A stretch of DNA of 64,000 nucleotides, from assembly GCA_051531975.1 (NCBI GenBank), contig JAOPTT010000009.1, positions 288,001 through 352,000 on the forward strand, written 5' to 3'. This stretch comes from Spirochaetaceae bacterium (GTDB lineage Bacteria > Spirochaetota > Spirochaetia > DSM-2461). The notes under the pieces were generated by a model. The model had not been told where the DNA came from and ran no database searches. It saw only the letters and a program-made list of their open reading frames with translations. Numbering within the stretch: the stretch's first letter is position 1; every line of letters starts with the position of its first letter. Shown here piece after piece: positions 42,185 to 53,964 of this stretch. Made by a program: the position numbers and the translations under genes.

Positions 42185-42787
42185 ATGAACAGAAAGATAG
42201 GGATATATAGCTCGATTATTAATGCGTTGTCTGTTACTGCATTTTTATTTTTTTTAATCATTGGAAATGATTTTGGAAGTTATTTAGTATGTATGTTCAT
42301 CGCTTTTAGTTTTATTCCAATGATGTGCACATATAGTTTTTATTCTAGCCCTGATAAGAAGGTTGCGGGATATATTGCTATGGTATTTTCTTCAGTATAT
42401 GCAGTATTAATCTTATTAGTATACTTTGCACAAGTTACAGCAGTATCTCTTGATGGATTGAATGAACAAGCGACACAAATAATTGATTATTCTAAATATG
42501 GATTATTTTTTAGTTATGATTTACTTGGCTATGGAATTATGGCTCTTTCGACTTTTTTTGTAGGATTAACAATTGATGTAAAGTCAAAGAGAGATAAGTG
42601 GTTAAAGTGGCTTCTGATTATTCATGGAATTTTCTTTATTAGCTGCTTTATTATGCCCATGCTTGGTTTATTTAGCCCTAATATGGAGGGATCTGATTGG
42701 GTTGGTGTTGCAGTACTTGGGTTTTGGTGTGTTTATTTTATTCCAATTGGAGTCTTATCAGCTTTATACTTTAAGCAGAAGGAATAA
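42185..42787 (+). CDS. Multi-pass membrane protein of unknown function
   Basis: About six hydrophobic segments; GAGG RBS. Confidence 0.8.
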   Translation: MNRKIGIYSSIINALSVTAFLFFLIIGNDFGSYLVCMFIAFSFIPMMCTYSFYSSPDKKVAGYIAMVFSSVYAVLILLVYFAQVTAVSLDGLNEQATQIIDYSKYGLFFSYDLLGYGIMALSTFFVGLTIDVKSKRDKWLKWLLIIHGIFFISCFIMPMLGLFSPNMEGSDWVGVAVLGFWCVYFIPIGVLSALYFKQKE

Positions 42788-42891
42788 ATACTGGACTATT
42801 CTTTAAGGGATCGGTACTTTTCATGTACAACATCACATAACACTCTATCTCTAGTAGAAAGTAGAATACGAGGATAACTTATAAAAAACTA

Positions 42892-42933
42892 ACCCTGCTT
42901 TTGCAGGGTCTATTATTTTATAAGTAAATTATT
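42892..42933 (+). repeat. Right direct repeat / terminator hairpin, overlapping the purA 3' end
   Basis: 38/42 identical to 22426-22467. Confidence 0.85.
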
Positions 42934-44180
42934 GCATCTCTATTTGAACCTACAGATACATATTTAATTTTAAAACCAATTAGTTCCTGAACTCTATTAA
43001 TATATGTTTTTGCACCTAATGGTAAATCATCAAACTTTCTAATATTAGAAATATCACACTTCCAACCTTTTAAAGTTTCATAGACAGGTTCTGCTATTTC
43101 TAACTCAGGGTTTGTAGGGAAGGTCGTTATAACTTCTGAATCTATCTTATATCCAGTGCAAATTTTAATCTCATCTAGGTAACCAAGAACATCTAATAGT
43201 GATAGGACTACATCAGTCGTTCCCTGAAGTTCACAACCATATTTACTAGCTACAACATCAAACCATCCAACTCTCCTATCTCTACCAGTTGTAGCACCAA
43301 ATTCTCCACCATTTAATCTAAGTGTTTTAGCTTCTGTTCCAGATAATTCAGATACAAATGGTCCAGCACCTACAGCACTAGAATAAGCTTTAACAACAGT
43401 AACTACACGAGTTAATTTAGCTGCTGGTATACCACAACTTACAGGAGCAAAAGAAGCCAAAGGGCTAGATGATGTTGTCATTGGATATATTCCGTGATCA
43501 GGGTCTTTTAGTGCACCTAGCTGTCCTTCCATTAAAATATTTCCATCGATATTGTTTGTTAATAACAGTTTTGTATCGGTTATATACTCTTTAATAAGTT
43601 TCCCTTGTTCTAATAGATCTAATGTAATCTGTTTTGCATCTAGTTTAGGATGATTATATAGATTTTCTAACAGTATATTTTTCTTCTCTATATTTCTTTC
43701 TACTTTTTTTAATAGTGATTCTTCATTAAACAGATCGGCTATTTGAATCCCAATTTTCAGATACTTATCTGAATAAAATGGTGCCATCCCAGACTGTGTG
43801 GAACCAAACTGCTCTTTACCTAATCTTTGTTCTTCTAGTTTATCTAGTAGTATGTGGTGTTTTAATACTACCTGTGCTCTGTGGCTAATAACAATATTAG
43901 GTTTTGGGACACCTCTAGAAATTAACTCATTATACTCAGATAAAAATGCCTCTATATTTACTGCAACTCCAGTTGCTAAAACATTAATAGTATTAGAATT
44001 AAAAACCCCAGAAGGTAGTAGGTGTAGCTGAAACTTACCATATTCATTTACAATGGTATGTCCTGCATTGTTTCCACCCTGGAATCGTACAACAAAATCT
44101 GAATCTTTTGCTAATAGGTCGGTAATTTTACCTTTCCCTTCATCTCCCCAATTTGCTCCTACAACTGCTGTAATTCCCAT
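42918..44180 (-). CDS. purA: Adenylosuccinate synthetase
   Basis: WGDEGKGK, GGNNAGHT, EFGATTGRDRRVGWFD. Confidence 0.96.
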   Translation of the reverse strand: MGITAVVGANWGDEGKGKITDLLAKDSDFVVRFQGGNNAGHTIVNEYGKFQLHLLPSGVFNSNTINVLATGVAVNIEAFLSEYNELISRGVPKPNIVISHRAQVVLKHHILLDKLEEQRLGKEQFGSTQSGMAPFYSDKYLKIGIQIADLFNEESLLKKVERNIEKKNILLENLYNHPKLDAKQITLDLLEQGKLIKEYITDTKLLLTNNIDGNILMEGQLGALKDPDHGIYPMTTSSSPLASFAPVSCGIPAAKLTRVVTVVKAYSSAVGAGPFVSELSGTEAKTLRLNGGEFGATTGRDRRVGWFDVVASKYGCELQGTTDVVLSLLDVLGYLDEIKICTGYKIDSEVITTFPTNPELEIAEPVYETLKGWKCDISNIRKFDDLPLGAKTYINRVQELIGFKIKYVSVGSNRDAIIYL

Positions 44181-44276
44181 ATTATCTCCTATTTACTGCT
44201 GATAAATCTAATAGTATAATAAGTTTATACATAAGTATAATTGATTAAATTTATGCATGACATAAGGTGTAGTTAT

Positions 44277-45161
44277 ATGGATTTGAATTTTGAATGGTAT
44301 AAAGTTTTTTATTATGTAGCAAAAGAGGGACAGATCTCTAAAGCTGCAAAAAAGCTATTTATAACCCAACCAGCTGTAAGCCAATCAATAAAACAGCTTG
44401 AAAAGAGTTTAGGTGGAGTTCTCTTTATTCGTAAACCTAAGGGTGTTATCTTAACATCGGAGGGTAGGCAGTTATTAAGCTATATAGAGAAAGCATTTAA
44501 TTATATCTCTGATGGAGAATTAAAATTTAAACAACTAAAAAATCTTGAATCTGGGGAGATTCGAATAGGGGCTAGTGATACACTGTGTAGTCACTATTTA
44601 ATAGATTATTTAGAGAAATTTCATACGGAATATTCTAGGGTTAAAATTCATGTTTATAATAAAACTTCCTATGAAATAATAGACTTATTAAAGAGTGGAG
44701 AAATAGATCTAGGTTTTATTAATATGCCTATAAATTTAGATAAATCCTTAGATATTATTAATGTTAAAAATCTTCAGGACTGTTTTATATGTAGCGATAA
44801 GTTCAGTGAATTAATCGCTAAGAAAGTTACACTGGAACAACTTAGTAAATACCCTCTTCTGTTATTAGAGCAGGGTAGTAACATGAGAAAGTTTGTGGAT
44901 CGGTATTTTGATAATAATGGAATTATTTATACCCCAGAGTTGGAATTAGGAAGTATTGATCTATTAACCAAGTTTGCCAGTGTAGGATTTGGTGTCTCTT
45001 TTGTAACTAAGGACTTTGTAAAAGAAGAGATTAAAAATAGTGATGTTTTCGTAATTGATATCCAAGAAGAAATTCCTAAAAGGTCTATTGGGATGGTTAA
45101 AGTTAAGGATAGACCTTTTAGTCATGCAGCCAAAGTATTTTATGACTATTTCACTAATTAA
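44277..45161 (+). CDS. LysR-family regulator divergent from purA
   Basis: ISKAAKKLFITQPAVSQSIKQLE HTH. Confidence 0.95.
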   Translation: MDLNFEWYKVFYYVAKEGQISKAAKKLFITQPAVSQSIKQLEKSLGGVLFIRKPKGVILTSEGRQLLSYIEKAFNYISDGELKFKQLKNLESGEIRIGASDTLCSHYLIDYLEKFHTEYSRVKIHVYNKTSYEIIDLLKSGEIDLGFINMPINLDKSLDIINVKNLQDCFICSDKFSELIAKKVTLEQLSKYPLLLLEQGSNMRKFVDRYFDNNGIIYTPELELGSIDLLTKFASVGFGVSFVTKDFVKEEIKNSDVFVIDIQEEIPKRSIGMVKVKDRPFSHAAKVFYDYFTN

Positions 45162-46066
45162 ATATCTGTAGGGTGTATCGGTTCTGATTTTAAGGATCTT
45201 TGACTTAAAATTACACCAAATAGTATAACAATCGCGGATATAATCTGTATTACATTTAAGCCCTCACCTAAAATTAACCAACCAGTAATAATTGCCATTA
45301 CTGGGACTAAATTTATATAGGATGAAGCCTTAGATGCGGAAACTTTGCTAATTCCCCAATTATACAAACCAAATGCTCCTAAAGAGACAAATACTCCAAG
45401 GTATAACAGTATTGATATTAACTGTATTGTCCAATTGATATCGTTATTAACTAACTTAAATAGACCAGGTATAAAAAACATTGTTCCGGCTAATACCTGC
45501 ATAAAAGTTAATGTCCATGGATTATATCTTTTTGATAGTTTTTTAATTATTAACATATTACCTGCAGCAAATATCATGGCCGTAAATTCTAATATATTAC
45601 CTAAGACAGGATTTTCAGCAATACTATTAGATCCCTGGCTTCTTGTTAAAAAAACAACTCCAATCACTGATAAGGTTAGACCTAATATAGTTTTTATATT
45701 TATCTTTTCTGATAAAAATATCCAAGCCCCTAGGGTAACCAATATTGGTACAGTTGCAGATATTACACCAGCTTGAGATGATGTTGTTAACAGCAGAGCA
45801 TTAGATTCTAGTAGAAAGTATAAACAAGGTTGCATAAGAACCATTGGTAGAAGTAGTTTCCAATCACCTGGTAGATAATTATTAGGAAACAGTTTTTTAG
45901 AGAAAGGAAGTACTACAATTAATGCGGTTACCATTCTTATCCAGATAACAGAAAGTGGATGTAAACTTCTTAGTGATATTCTCATACCAACAAATGAACA
46001 GCCCCATAATATAACAGCGGCTATAATTGCTAAAATTGGAATTATGTTTTTAATTGTTCTATTCAT
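45158..46066 (-). CDS. DMT/EamA-family transporter
   Basis: About 10 TM segments, LWG..F, LSEK and LGE repeat motifs. Confidence 0.92.
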   Translation of the reverse strand: MNRTIKNIIPILAIIAAVILWGCSFVGMRISLRSLHPLSVIWIRMVTALIVVLPFSKKLFPNNYLPGDWKLLLPMVLMQPCLYFLLESNALLLTTSSQAGVISATVPILVTLGAWIFLSEKINIKTILGLTLSVIGVVFLTRSQGSNSIAENPVLGNILEFTAMIFAAGNMLIIKKLSKRYNPWTLTFMQVLAGTMFFIPGLFKLVNNDINWTIQLISILLYLGVFVSLGAFGLYNWGISKVSASKASSYINLVPVMAIITGWLILGEGLNVIQIISAIVILFGVILSQRSLKSEPIHPTDI

Positions 46067-46089
46067 AAAATAAATATTATACAGATTGG

Positions 46090-46917
46090 TTAATTATGTA
46101 TTGTAAAATATTGCTTAGGTGTTGCTCCAGTATATTCACGAAACTTATTAGATAGATGACTCTGATCTGAAAATCCTGTTTCAAGTGCAATCTGAATCAG
46201 AGGTTTACCTTCTAATAGATGAACCTTAGCTTTCTCTATTCGTTTTTGCATCCTATATATATGTGGAGATGTACCTGTATTTTTCTTAAAAACCCGAAGG
46301 AAATGGTATTTACTTAAGCCTACCACATTAGATATCTCTTCTAATGATATTTTTTGATCTAGATTTTCCCTTAGTAGATCCGTCCCTATTTTAATTATGT
46401 TAGGCTCATGTTTTGAAACTACAGCACTGTTTTCTGATGTATATTTTGTTAGTTCTCCAACAAATTGTAAGAGATTACTCTCTTTTTCTAACAGATCAGC
46501 TTCTGATTGTATTGAATTATACAGATTCATAAACTCTATAGAACTTGATAGGTTTTTAATAACTACCTTCTCAAACTCAGGATTTATATCTTTGTCCTTA
46601 AAAATATCTTTAAATGATGCTGAAATAAGATCTTTTTCAATGTAGATCATTTTATAAGTCGAACTGTTATCTTTATATGGTGATCCTGAATGTAGAACTC
46701 CAGGGTTTATCATCGCTATATTTCCTGGTTTTACTAGAGAATTCTTTTTCTCTTTTTCTGTCCAGTAACTACCACCGGATTCCATTAAACTAAAAGCGTA
46801 TATGTTGTCATGAAAGTGTTTTGGAAAGCAGTGGTTACTATCTTTAACATCACAAAGTTCTATTCCTTTAAAATGTGGATCTCTTTTAAAATTTATAATG
46901 TTATTGGCTTTCATCAA
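46090..46917 (-). CDS. AraC-family regulator
   Basis: HCFPKHFH cupin; IALETGFSDQSH. Confidence 0.93.
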   Translation of the reverse strand: MMKANNIINFKRDPHFKGIELCDVKDSNHCFPKHFHDNIYAFSLMESGGSYWTEKEKKNSLVKPGNIAMINPGVLHSGSPYKDNSSTYKMIYIEKDLISASFKDIFKDKDINPEFEKVVIKNLSSSIEFMNLYNSIQSEADLLEKESNLLQFVGELTKYTSENSAVVSKHEPNIIKIGTDLLRENLDQKISLEEISNVVGLSKYHFLRVFKKNTGTSPHIYRMQKRIEKAKVHLLEGKPLIQIALETGFSDQSHLSNKFREYTGATPKQYFTIHN

Positions 46918-47068
46918 ATTAATATAACACTTTTATTTTTAATCATCAAATATCGGTTTTAATAAAACCTTAACTTCTGGTGTCCATTCTTTTATTTTCC
47001 TTGACAATAACACTTTATATCAAATATTATCAGTCTAAATATATTATTAAATAGATAAGGAATAATAA

Positions 47069-47650
47069 ATGAAAAAGATTGTTTTAATAGCAACATTGTT
47101 AGTTTTTGCTGGATTTACAGCATCTGCTCAGATTGGTTATGGAGTTAAAGTTGGATTACCATCATATATTGGAGAAGATGCAGAGGACTTAATAGCTGAT
47201 ACAGCAATTGGTTTTGGTGTGTTTTTAGATGTTGAAATACCTCTAGGTAGTTTGCTCTCTATACAGGGTGATGGTGGTTATTATTACGACGTACTAATGT
47301 TTGAGGATGGTTTCGATACTTTAACTACATCATGGATAAGTACACAGCTTAGACTTTTTGGTAAGCTTAAGTTACCACTTGGTCCTATTACTCCATTTGT
47401 TAAAGGTGGAATGGTTGTGACTTATATTGGTATGGGTACAGCTAGTGATGGATATAACTCCGCTGAGATAACGGTAGATAATAACATGTTATATGGTTAT
47501 GCAGTTGAAGCTGGTTTTGGATTTAAAAACTTAGCAGGAAAGACAGTTGAACTCGCTGCATTTTACCAAGAACATATAACCTCCTATGATTTCGAAGATG
47601 ATATTTCATTAGGTAGTATGGGTGTAAGTATTACTACTAAACTCTGGTAG
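47069..47650 (+). CDS. Probable outer-membrane beta-barrel protein
   Basis: Signal peptide ending ASA, alternating hydrophobic strands, terminal Trp. Confidence 0.65.
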   Translation: MKKIVLIATLLVFAGFTASAQIGYGVKVGLPSYIGEDAEDLIADTAIGFGVFLDVEIPLGSLLSIQGDGGYYYDVLMFEDGFDTLTTSWISTQLRLFGKLKLPLGPITPFVKGGMVVTYIGMGTASDGYNSAEITVDNNMLYGYAVEAGFGFKNLAGKTVELAAFYQEHITSYDFEDDISLGSMGVSITTKLW

Positions 47651-47665
47651 AAAGTCAATATAAAT

Positions 47666-47698
47666 AAAAAAGCCACCAAAATATTGGTGGCTTTTTTT
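47666..47698 (+). terminator. Intrinsic terminator
   Basis: aaaaaagccaccaa-aata-ttggtggctttttt. Confidence 0.85.
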
Positions 47699-47744
47699 AT
47701 GTAGTATATAATAGAGATGTTAATATAAAACATAAGGGATTTCC

Positions 47745-48776
47745 ATGGCAACAATTAAAGAACTGGCAGAAGCTGCAGGTGTTTCGGTTGGTACAGTAGA
47801 TAGAATATTACATAATAGAGGACGATTTTCGGCAAAGACAGCTGAAAAGGTTTTCGCTCTTGTTAAAGAGATGGGTTATACACCAAATCTTCATGCTAGA
47901 GGTTTAAAAAAGTCTTCTAAACACTCTTTTTCTGTTGTTATGCCTAATATTGACCAGGATGATGGCTACTGGGGTCTTATTTTAGAGGGAATTAACAGTA
48001 GCTTATTAGAATTATCCCCACTTGGAACTGAGTTAAATATTTATCACTTTGATAGATACTCCTCTAGTTCGTGTATTTCAGCTTTTGAAAAAGCTTTTAG
48101 TGACTCTTCTATTGGTGTTTTAGCTATTCCAGTAAGACCTCTGGATATTAAACATATTTTAGTTGATCAGAAAAAGCCTTATCTATTCATAGACTCTGAC
48201 ATCCCTGAAGTTGAAGAAAAAATAACATATATTGGTCAGGATTCATTTCAAAGTGGAGTTTTATCTGCAAAATTAATGTCTTTATTAATAAAAGGAAAAG
48301 AAAAATCAAATATACTAATCATTGGTCCATATGGTGATGATATCCACCTTCAGAATAGGATTGATGGATTTGAGACATCTATTAAAAACTTAATCTCATC
48401 ATTAAATATAACTACAATAAAAAATAGTATAGATACTAAAACTGATATTAAGGTTATAGAGACATTAAATGATTCTAATAACCTTCCTGATGGAATATTT
48501 GTTGCAAATTCTATGGTTTATACAATTGCTAATTATCTAAATAATAAGGGTGAAAAATATAAAAATATTCCACTTATAGGATACGATATTATACCTAAAA
48601 GCATTGAACTTATTTCTAATGGAATTATTGATTTTATTATTACTCAGCAGCCAACAGAGCAGGGTTATAGAGGTATAAAAACATTGTATGATAAACTTAT
48701 ATTAAAGCAGAACGTCGACTCTCAAATCATAATTCCTATGAATATTATTACAAAGGAAAATTTAGAAACATTTTAA
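47745..48776 (+). CDS. LacI-family transcriptional regulator
   Basis: TIKELAEAAGVSVGTVDR HTH, YTPNLHAR hinge. Confidence 0.95.
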   Translation: MATIKELAEAAGVSVGTVDRILHNRGRFSAKTAEKVFALVKEMGYTPNLHARGLKKSSKHSFSVVMPNIDQDDGYWGLILEGINSSLLELSPLGTELNIYHFDRYSSSSCISAFEKAFSDSSIGVLAIPVRPLDIKHILVDQKKPYLFIDSDIPEVEEKITYIGQDSFQSGVLSAKLMSLLIKGKEKSNILIIGPYGDDIHLQNRIDGFETSIKNLISSLNITTIKNSIDTKTDIKVIETLNDSNNLPDGIFVANSMVYTIANYLNNKGEKYKNIPLIGYDIIPKSIELISNGIIDFIITQQPTEQGYRGIKTLYDKLILKQNVDSQIIIPMNIITKENLETF

Positions 48777-48852
48777 TAAAGATTTATGGACAGCTATGTT
48801 AGAGGTTTGACCATATTTGGAAAAAGCTCTGGGAAGTATAATACTATTAGAT

Positions 48853-51096
48853 TTATTTATTACTGACTTTTCGTGTCAATAATAGATCAACTATTCTAAA
48901 CGGTTCCCCTCCACTGTTTTTAAAACATACTTTAATTTCATCCTTTCCCATGATGCTGCTTTTAGGCAATATAAGTTGTTTATCCAAATAATCTAAACCT
49001 TTAGAGGCTGTATTCTTAACTTCCGATACAATTACATTATCGACAATTACATTAAAACTAAAAATTCCACTCAAGGAGTATTTAAACTCCAGATAATTAT
49101 CCAATTCAGGATTAACCCTTAATAAATAACTTAATTCTCCATTTGGTAAAATCTCCCGATGCCTGTAACCATCCCTGGTATCAGAAATAGTGTTTTCACC
49201 ATAAATATTATGTTCTAATTCATACTGATCGTTACCAAGGGGAATCTTATCGATAATGGAGCATTCAAAAAGGGCTTTCTGCCTATGTCTTTTCTGATAT
49301 TTTTTTAATTCAGAACTATCTTTTTCTATTAATCTCCAATAAATTCCATATCTCTCTTTATACTGTAAATAGTGAGGTATAAATTTATACTCATTATTTT
49401 CATCACTAATGTAATATTCTGGTATTTCCCCAGATACAGGTTTTACTGTTACTGTTTTTTTAATCCAATCTTCAATGTTATTTACAATAAAAAAATCATC
49501 AATTTCAATGTTCTTAGTTGGAATAGTTACATCAACACCTGTTTTGGATATTTCCATATTATCTCTACCTAAACATGCACTTAACAGATTAGGCCCGTAT
49601 TTAAATGCATAAGTATTTGGACTATCACATAAGTTATGCAGTGTTAACTCCATAGGGAAATCTACTTCAATTTCTATACAACCACTAACTATTCCACTAA
49701 GTTCTAAAAAATCTTGGGATATTCTACTGCTTAAAGAACTGCGTCCTAAGACGACATTCCCTTTAACCCAACTTGGAATATGAAATTTTAAATTTACATA
49801 ACTCTCTTTTACATCTTTAAATGTTTCTAAAATAACTTTAAATTTTGACTTCTTTAAAAATTCAACATCAAGGGATAAAGAGATAGATTTATCATGCCAT
49901 TTATAATCAAATGACGCATAACGTGCAATGATTAACTCTTCCTCATTAAAATACAAAATACCATCGTTTAATTTTGTAAAGTTCTCCATACCACTACCAG
50001 TACAACACCAGAAGTTTTCAAAAGGTTCTCCAAATGTTTTAAAATACCCAGTAGCCATAGGTTGAAAATACATAGTCATTCCAGTCTCTGGATTCTGAGA
50101 TGGTAAAATTGCATTATTAAATGTATTTTCATAATAGTTAAGGTATTTTGACTTACCAGTTAACATAAATAGACCTTTAGATAACTTTAACATATTATAT
50201 GTATTACAAGTCTCACATGTACAGTTACTTCTCTCGGAATCCAAAATATCAGCTTCGCCAAAATGCTCCCATTCACTATTTCCACCTGTTATATATGTAT
50301 GGTGATTGATGACTATATCCCAAAAATTTTCTGCTGCCTCTAAATAAAAGTCCGTGTCATCTGTAACCATTACACGTTTCATTGCTCCAATAAATTTAGG
50401 AATTGTAGTATTTGCGTGTAAATTATTTAAAATATCATCTTTATTTGCAAGTGACTTAAAAAGTGAAAGCTCATCAAATTGATGTGCAGCTTTTAAGTGA
50501 TTTTTATTCTTCGTAATTAAGAACGTTTCATATAAGCAGTCATTCATTCCACCGTATTCAACGGCTAATACACGTTTTTGGATCTCATCTGACCAATTAT
50601 TTACACGGTTACTAATCCAGTTTGCTAGTTTAGTAATTATATGGAATGATTTCAGATCTTTCTTTAAATAATATACTGAAATTAATCCTGATAGAATTTT
50701 ATGCATAGTATACCAGGGAACCCAGGCTGGTTCTTTATTCTCCAATCTATCAAATAGAACTTCATTAAATGCTGATAAATAACCACTTTTATGCTGGCAT
50801 ATAGATAACTCATTAATTATATATTCAATTTTTTTACCTAAATCAGTGTCAGAGGAAAGTAAAAAAGCCTGGGATAGGGCAGTTAAGTAGTGTCCAAGGG
50901 TATGCCCCTGAATCTCACTTGATTCCCAACCTTCATATTGCTCTGCCTTTGCAGTTAAACCCTTCGTTGTGTAAAACCCAGATACTAAGCGATCGACATC
51001 TAATGATTTCAGGTAACGAACTTCTTGATAAAAAGCATTTATTAGAAAAGAATCTTTCAAAGAAACCTGATCCAATGCCACACTATTATATTTCAT
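48853..51096 (-). CDS. Beta-L-arabinofuranosidase-like glycoside hydrolase (GH127/GH146 type)
   Basis: GHTLGHYLTA, PWYTMHK, EYGGMN, LHANT, ETCNTYNMLK, FWCCTGSGME. Confidence 0.85.
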   Translation of the reverse strand: MKYNSVALDQVSLKDSFLINAFYQEVRYLKSLDVDRLVSGFYTTKGLTAKAEQYEGWESSEIQGHTLGHYLTALSQAFLLSSDTDLGKKIEYIINELSICQHKSGYLSAFNEVLFDRLENKEPAWVPWYTMHKILSGLISVYYLKKDLKSFHIITKLANWISNRVNNWSDEIQKRVLAVEYGGMNDCLYETFLITKNKNHLKAAHQFDELSLFKSLANKDDILNNLHANTTIPKFIGAMKRVMVTDDTDFYLEAAENFWDIVINHHTYITGGNSEWEHFGEADILDSERSNCTCETCNTYNMLKLSKGLFMLTGKSKYLNYYENTFNNAILPSQNPETGMTMYFQPMATGYFKTFGEPFENFWCCTGSGMENFTKLNDGILYFNEEELIIARYASFDYKWHDKSISLSLDVEFLKKSKFKVILETFKDVKESYVNLKFHIPSWVKGNVVLGRSSLSSRISQDFLELSGIVSGCIEIEVDFPMELTLHNLCDSPNTYAFKYGPNLLSACLGRDNMEISKTGVDVTIPTKNIEIDDFFIVNNIEDWIKKTVTVKPVSGEIPEYYISDENNEYKFIPHYLQYKERYGIYWRLIEKDSSELKKYQKRHRQKALFECSIIDKIPLGNDQYELEHNIYGENTISDTRDGYRHREILPNGELSYLLRVNPELDNYLEFKYSLSGIFSFNVIVDNVIVSEVKNTASKGLDYLDKQLILPKSSIMGKDEIKVCFKNSGGEPFRIVDLLLTRKVSNK

Positions 51097-51192
51097 CAAT
51101 ACCACCTTAAACAGAATTATATTAGCAATAGAAAATTTAGAAATGTTTTAAGAAACTCCCGGGTGGAGATAACCCGGAAGTAATAAAATAAT

Positions 51193-52365
51193 TTATTTTG
51201 TTCGTTTTTTTGAATAGACATCAAATGCTACAGCTGATAGTAAAACCAAACCTTTAATAGCCTGTTGCCAGTCAATACTTACACCCATTATAGACATTCC
51301 ATTATTTAAAACACCCATAATAAGTCCACCTATAATTGCACCAATAATAGTTCCAATTCCACCTGTAGCAGATGCTCCACCAATGTAACAAGCTGCTATA
51401 GCATCAAGTTCAAATAAGTTACCTGCTTTAGGTGTTGCAGCATTTAATCTACCTGAGAATATAATACCTGCTAACGCTGCTAAAACTGCCATATTTACAT
51501 AAACACCAAATAGAACTTTATTGGTTTTAACACCTGATAATCTTGCAGCTTTTTCATTACCACCAAAGGCATAAATATGTCTACCAATTATTGTTTTGTT
51601 TGTCATAAAGGAATAAATCAGAACAAGAGATGCTAATAAAACTAGAACATTAGGAATACCTTTATATAGAGCTAACCATATAGTAAATAGGTTTATTACT
51701 ATTACCATAGCACTAGTAGATAATATAAAACTTAAAGGTGATGATATCTCAAACTTAAACTGTTTTTTCCCTAATCTTTTTTTATACATAAAAAATATGT
51801 ATAAAAGAGAGCAAATTATTCCTATAACAATGGTTGTTAAATGTAAACCTTTTCCATCACCTAGAATATCTGGAATAAAACCAGAAGCTATTTTTTGATA
51901 TGACTTTGGAAATGGAGCCAATGTTCGACCTTTAAGTAGTACCATAGTCAGACCTCTAAATACCAACATACCTGCTAAAGTTGCAATAAATGCTGGAATC
52001 CTGACGTAAGCAATCCAATACCCTTGCCATACTCCAACTAGCGCTCCTATTAGCAGAGAAATTATAATTGTTGGCAGTGTTGGTAGACCAAAAGTAACAG
52101 ATAAAGTTGCAGATACTGCTCCAACAAAAGCGGCAACAGATCCAACCGAAAGGTCAATATTTCCACCGGATAAAATGCATAACAACATACCAATTGCTAA
52201 AACCAAAATATAACTGTTTTGTAAAATAAGGTTTGTAACATTTAATGGTTTTAATAAAATTCCATTTGTAGTTATTTGGAACAGTATAATAATTGAAACT
52301 AGAGCAATTATCATTGCATTTTGTTTCATATGTCCTTTAAATTTATTTTTTATATCTATACTCAT
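51193..52365 (-). CDS. gguB: Multiple-monosaccharide ABC permease (GguB/MmsB)
   Basis: [28 protein letters not shown]. Confidence 0.88.
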   Translation of the reverse strand: MSIDIKNKFKGHMKQNAMIIALVSIIILFQITTNGILLKPLNVTNLILQNSYILVLAIGMLLCILSGGNIDLSVGSVAAFVGAVSATLSVTFGLPTLPTIIISLLIGALVGVWQGYWIAYVRIPAFIATLAGMLVFRGLTMVLLKGRTLAPFPKSYQKIASGFIPDILGDGKGLHLTTIVIGIICSLLYIFFMYKKRLGKKQFKFEISSPLSFILSTSAMVIVINLFTIWLALYKGIPNVLVLLASLVLIYSFMTNKTIIGRHIYAFGGNEKAARLSGVKTNKVLFGVYVNMAVLAALAGIIFSGRLNAATPKAGNLFELDAIAACYIGGASATGGIGTIIGAIIGGLIMGVLNNGMSIMGVSIDWQQAIKGLVLLSAVAFDVYSKKRTK

Positions 52366-53903
52366 CTGTTCTCCCTCTTATTTTGCATAATGCATCTCAT
52401 AATACTTTCCTGGGATGCATCTTCACGATTTTGTTCTCCAACAATATACCCTTCATTCATTACATAGATCCTGTCACACATTCCTAATATTTCTGAAAGT
52501 TCTGAAGATATCATGATTATCGATTTACCTTGGGCTACTAGTTCATTTATAATTGTATAAATTTCATATTTAGCCCCGACATCAATACCTCTTGTTGGTT
52601 CATCAAGAATAAGTAGATCTGGTTCTGAAAATATCCACTTACTTAATACAACTTTTTGTTGATTACCACCGGATAAATTACCGGTTGTCTGAAGAATACT
52701 AGATGATTTAATATTCATTTTTTTTCGAAAGTCCTCAGCAACAATTACTTCTTGGTTTAAATCAAGAACACCGTTTTTACTGATCTCTTTTAGATTAGCT
52801 AAAGATATATTTCTTTTTATATCGTCAATTAGGATTAATCCGGCACTTTTTCTGTCTTCTGTTACATATGCAATATTGTGTTTAATTGCATCAGGGACAT
52901 CTTTAATATGAATCTCTTTTCCATCTTTAATAACTGAGCCAGTAATTTTACTACCAAAAGTTTTACCAAAGACACTCATTGCAAATTCTGTTCGACCAGC
53001 ACCCATTAAGCCTGCAATACCTACAACTTCTCCACGTTTAACATTTACATTTATATCAGTAAGAACCTTTTTATCTATGTTATCGGTATCATAAACATTC
53101 CAGTCTTTAACTTCAAAAAACGTCTCACCAATATTCTTTTCATTACGTATTGGATATCTATCAGTTAATTCACGACCTACCATGCCCTGAATTATTCTAT
53201 CTTCTGTAATTTCATCAACACCTTTCACAAGTGTTTCTATAGTACTACCATCCCGTATTACTGTAATTTCATCAGCAACTTTCGTAATCTCATTTAATTT
53301 ATGGGAGATAATAATTGATGTTACACCATGATTTTTTAACTCTAACAAAAGGTCTAATAACCTTTCAGAGTCATCATCATTTAGTGCTGCAGTTGGCTCG
53401 TCTAATATTAGAAGTTTAACATCTTTTGCCAATGCTTTTACAATTTCAATTAATTGCTGTTTCCCAACACCTATGCTATTTATATGTGTATTAGGGTTAT
53501 CAGTTAACCCAACCTTTTTTAATAACTCTATGGTTTTCGATAAGGTTTTATCCCAATGAATAATTCCTTTGTTTGCTTGTTCATTACCTAAAAAAATATT
53601 CTCTGCTATTGATAAATAAGGAATAAGGGCTAACTCTTGGTGTATTATTACAATCCCTTGTTTTTCACTATCTGTTATCTCTTTAAACTCACAATTTGTT
53701 CCATTATAGATAATATCTCCGGTATAGTTTCCATGGGAATAAACCCCACTTAAAACATTCATTAACGTTGATTTTCCGGCTCCGTTTTCACCAACTAATG
53801 CATGGATTTGGTGCTCTTTTACTTTTAAGTTTACATTATCTAAAGCTTTAACTCCTGGAAATAACTTTGTTATGTTTCTCATTTCTAAAATAATTTCAGA
53901 CAC
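52362..53903 (-). CDS. gguA: Multiple-monosaccharide ABC ATP-binding protein (GguA/MmsA)
   Basis: GENGAGKS, two ABC domains, LSGGNQQK. Confidence 0.9.
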   Translation of the reverse strand: MSEIILEMRNITKLFPGVKALDNVNLKVKEHQIHALVGENGAGKSTLMNVLSGVYSHGNYTGDIIYNGTNCEFKEITDSEKQGIVIIHQELALIPYLSIAENIFLGNEQANKGIIHWDKTLSKTIELLKKVGLTDNPNTHINSIGVGKQQLIEIVKALAKDVKLLILDEPTAALNDDDSERLLDLLLELKNHGVTSIIISHKLNEITKVADEITVIRDGSTIETLVKGVDEITEDRIIQGMVGRELTDRYPIRNEKNIGETFFEVKDWNVYDTDNIDKKVLTDINVNVKRGEVVGIAGLMGAGRTEFAMSVFGKTFGSKITGSVIKDGKEIHIKDVPDAIKHNIAYVTEDRKSAGLILIDDIKRNISLANLKEISKNGVLDLNQEVIVAEDFRKKMNIKSSSILQTTGNLSGGNQQKVVLSKWIFSEPDLLILDEPTRGIDVGAKYEIYTIINELVAQGKSIIMISSELSEILGMCDRIYVMNEGYIVGEQNREDASQESIMRCIMQNKRENR

Positions 53904-53926
53904 TTAAACTCCTTATATAAAGATGA

Positions 53927-53952
53927 TTAACCGGCTAATTAATAGCCGGTTA
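53927..53952 (-). terminator. Stem-loop after chvE (terminator or mRNA stabiliser)
   Basis: taaccggcta-attaa-tagccggtta. Confidence 0.65.
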
Positions 53953-53964
53953 TTAAAATAAAGT

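Larger units (their letters stand above)
22426..42933. mobile_element. Composite genomic island between nifU and purA (outer unit plus two nested tandem elements)
   Basis: Flanking direct repeat, split M23 gene, duplicated element ends, several pseudogenes. Confidence 0.8.

Noticed and set aside
42223..42241. Fourth ara-operator-like sequence (tgcgttgtctgttactgca)
   Set aside because: Needs a gap to align and lies inside an unrelated coding region.
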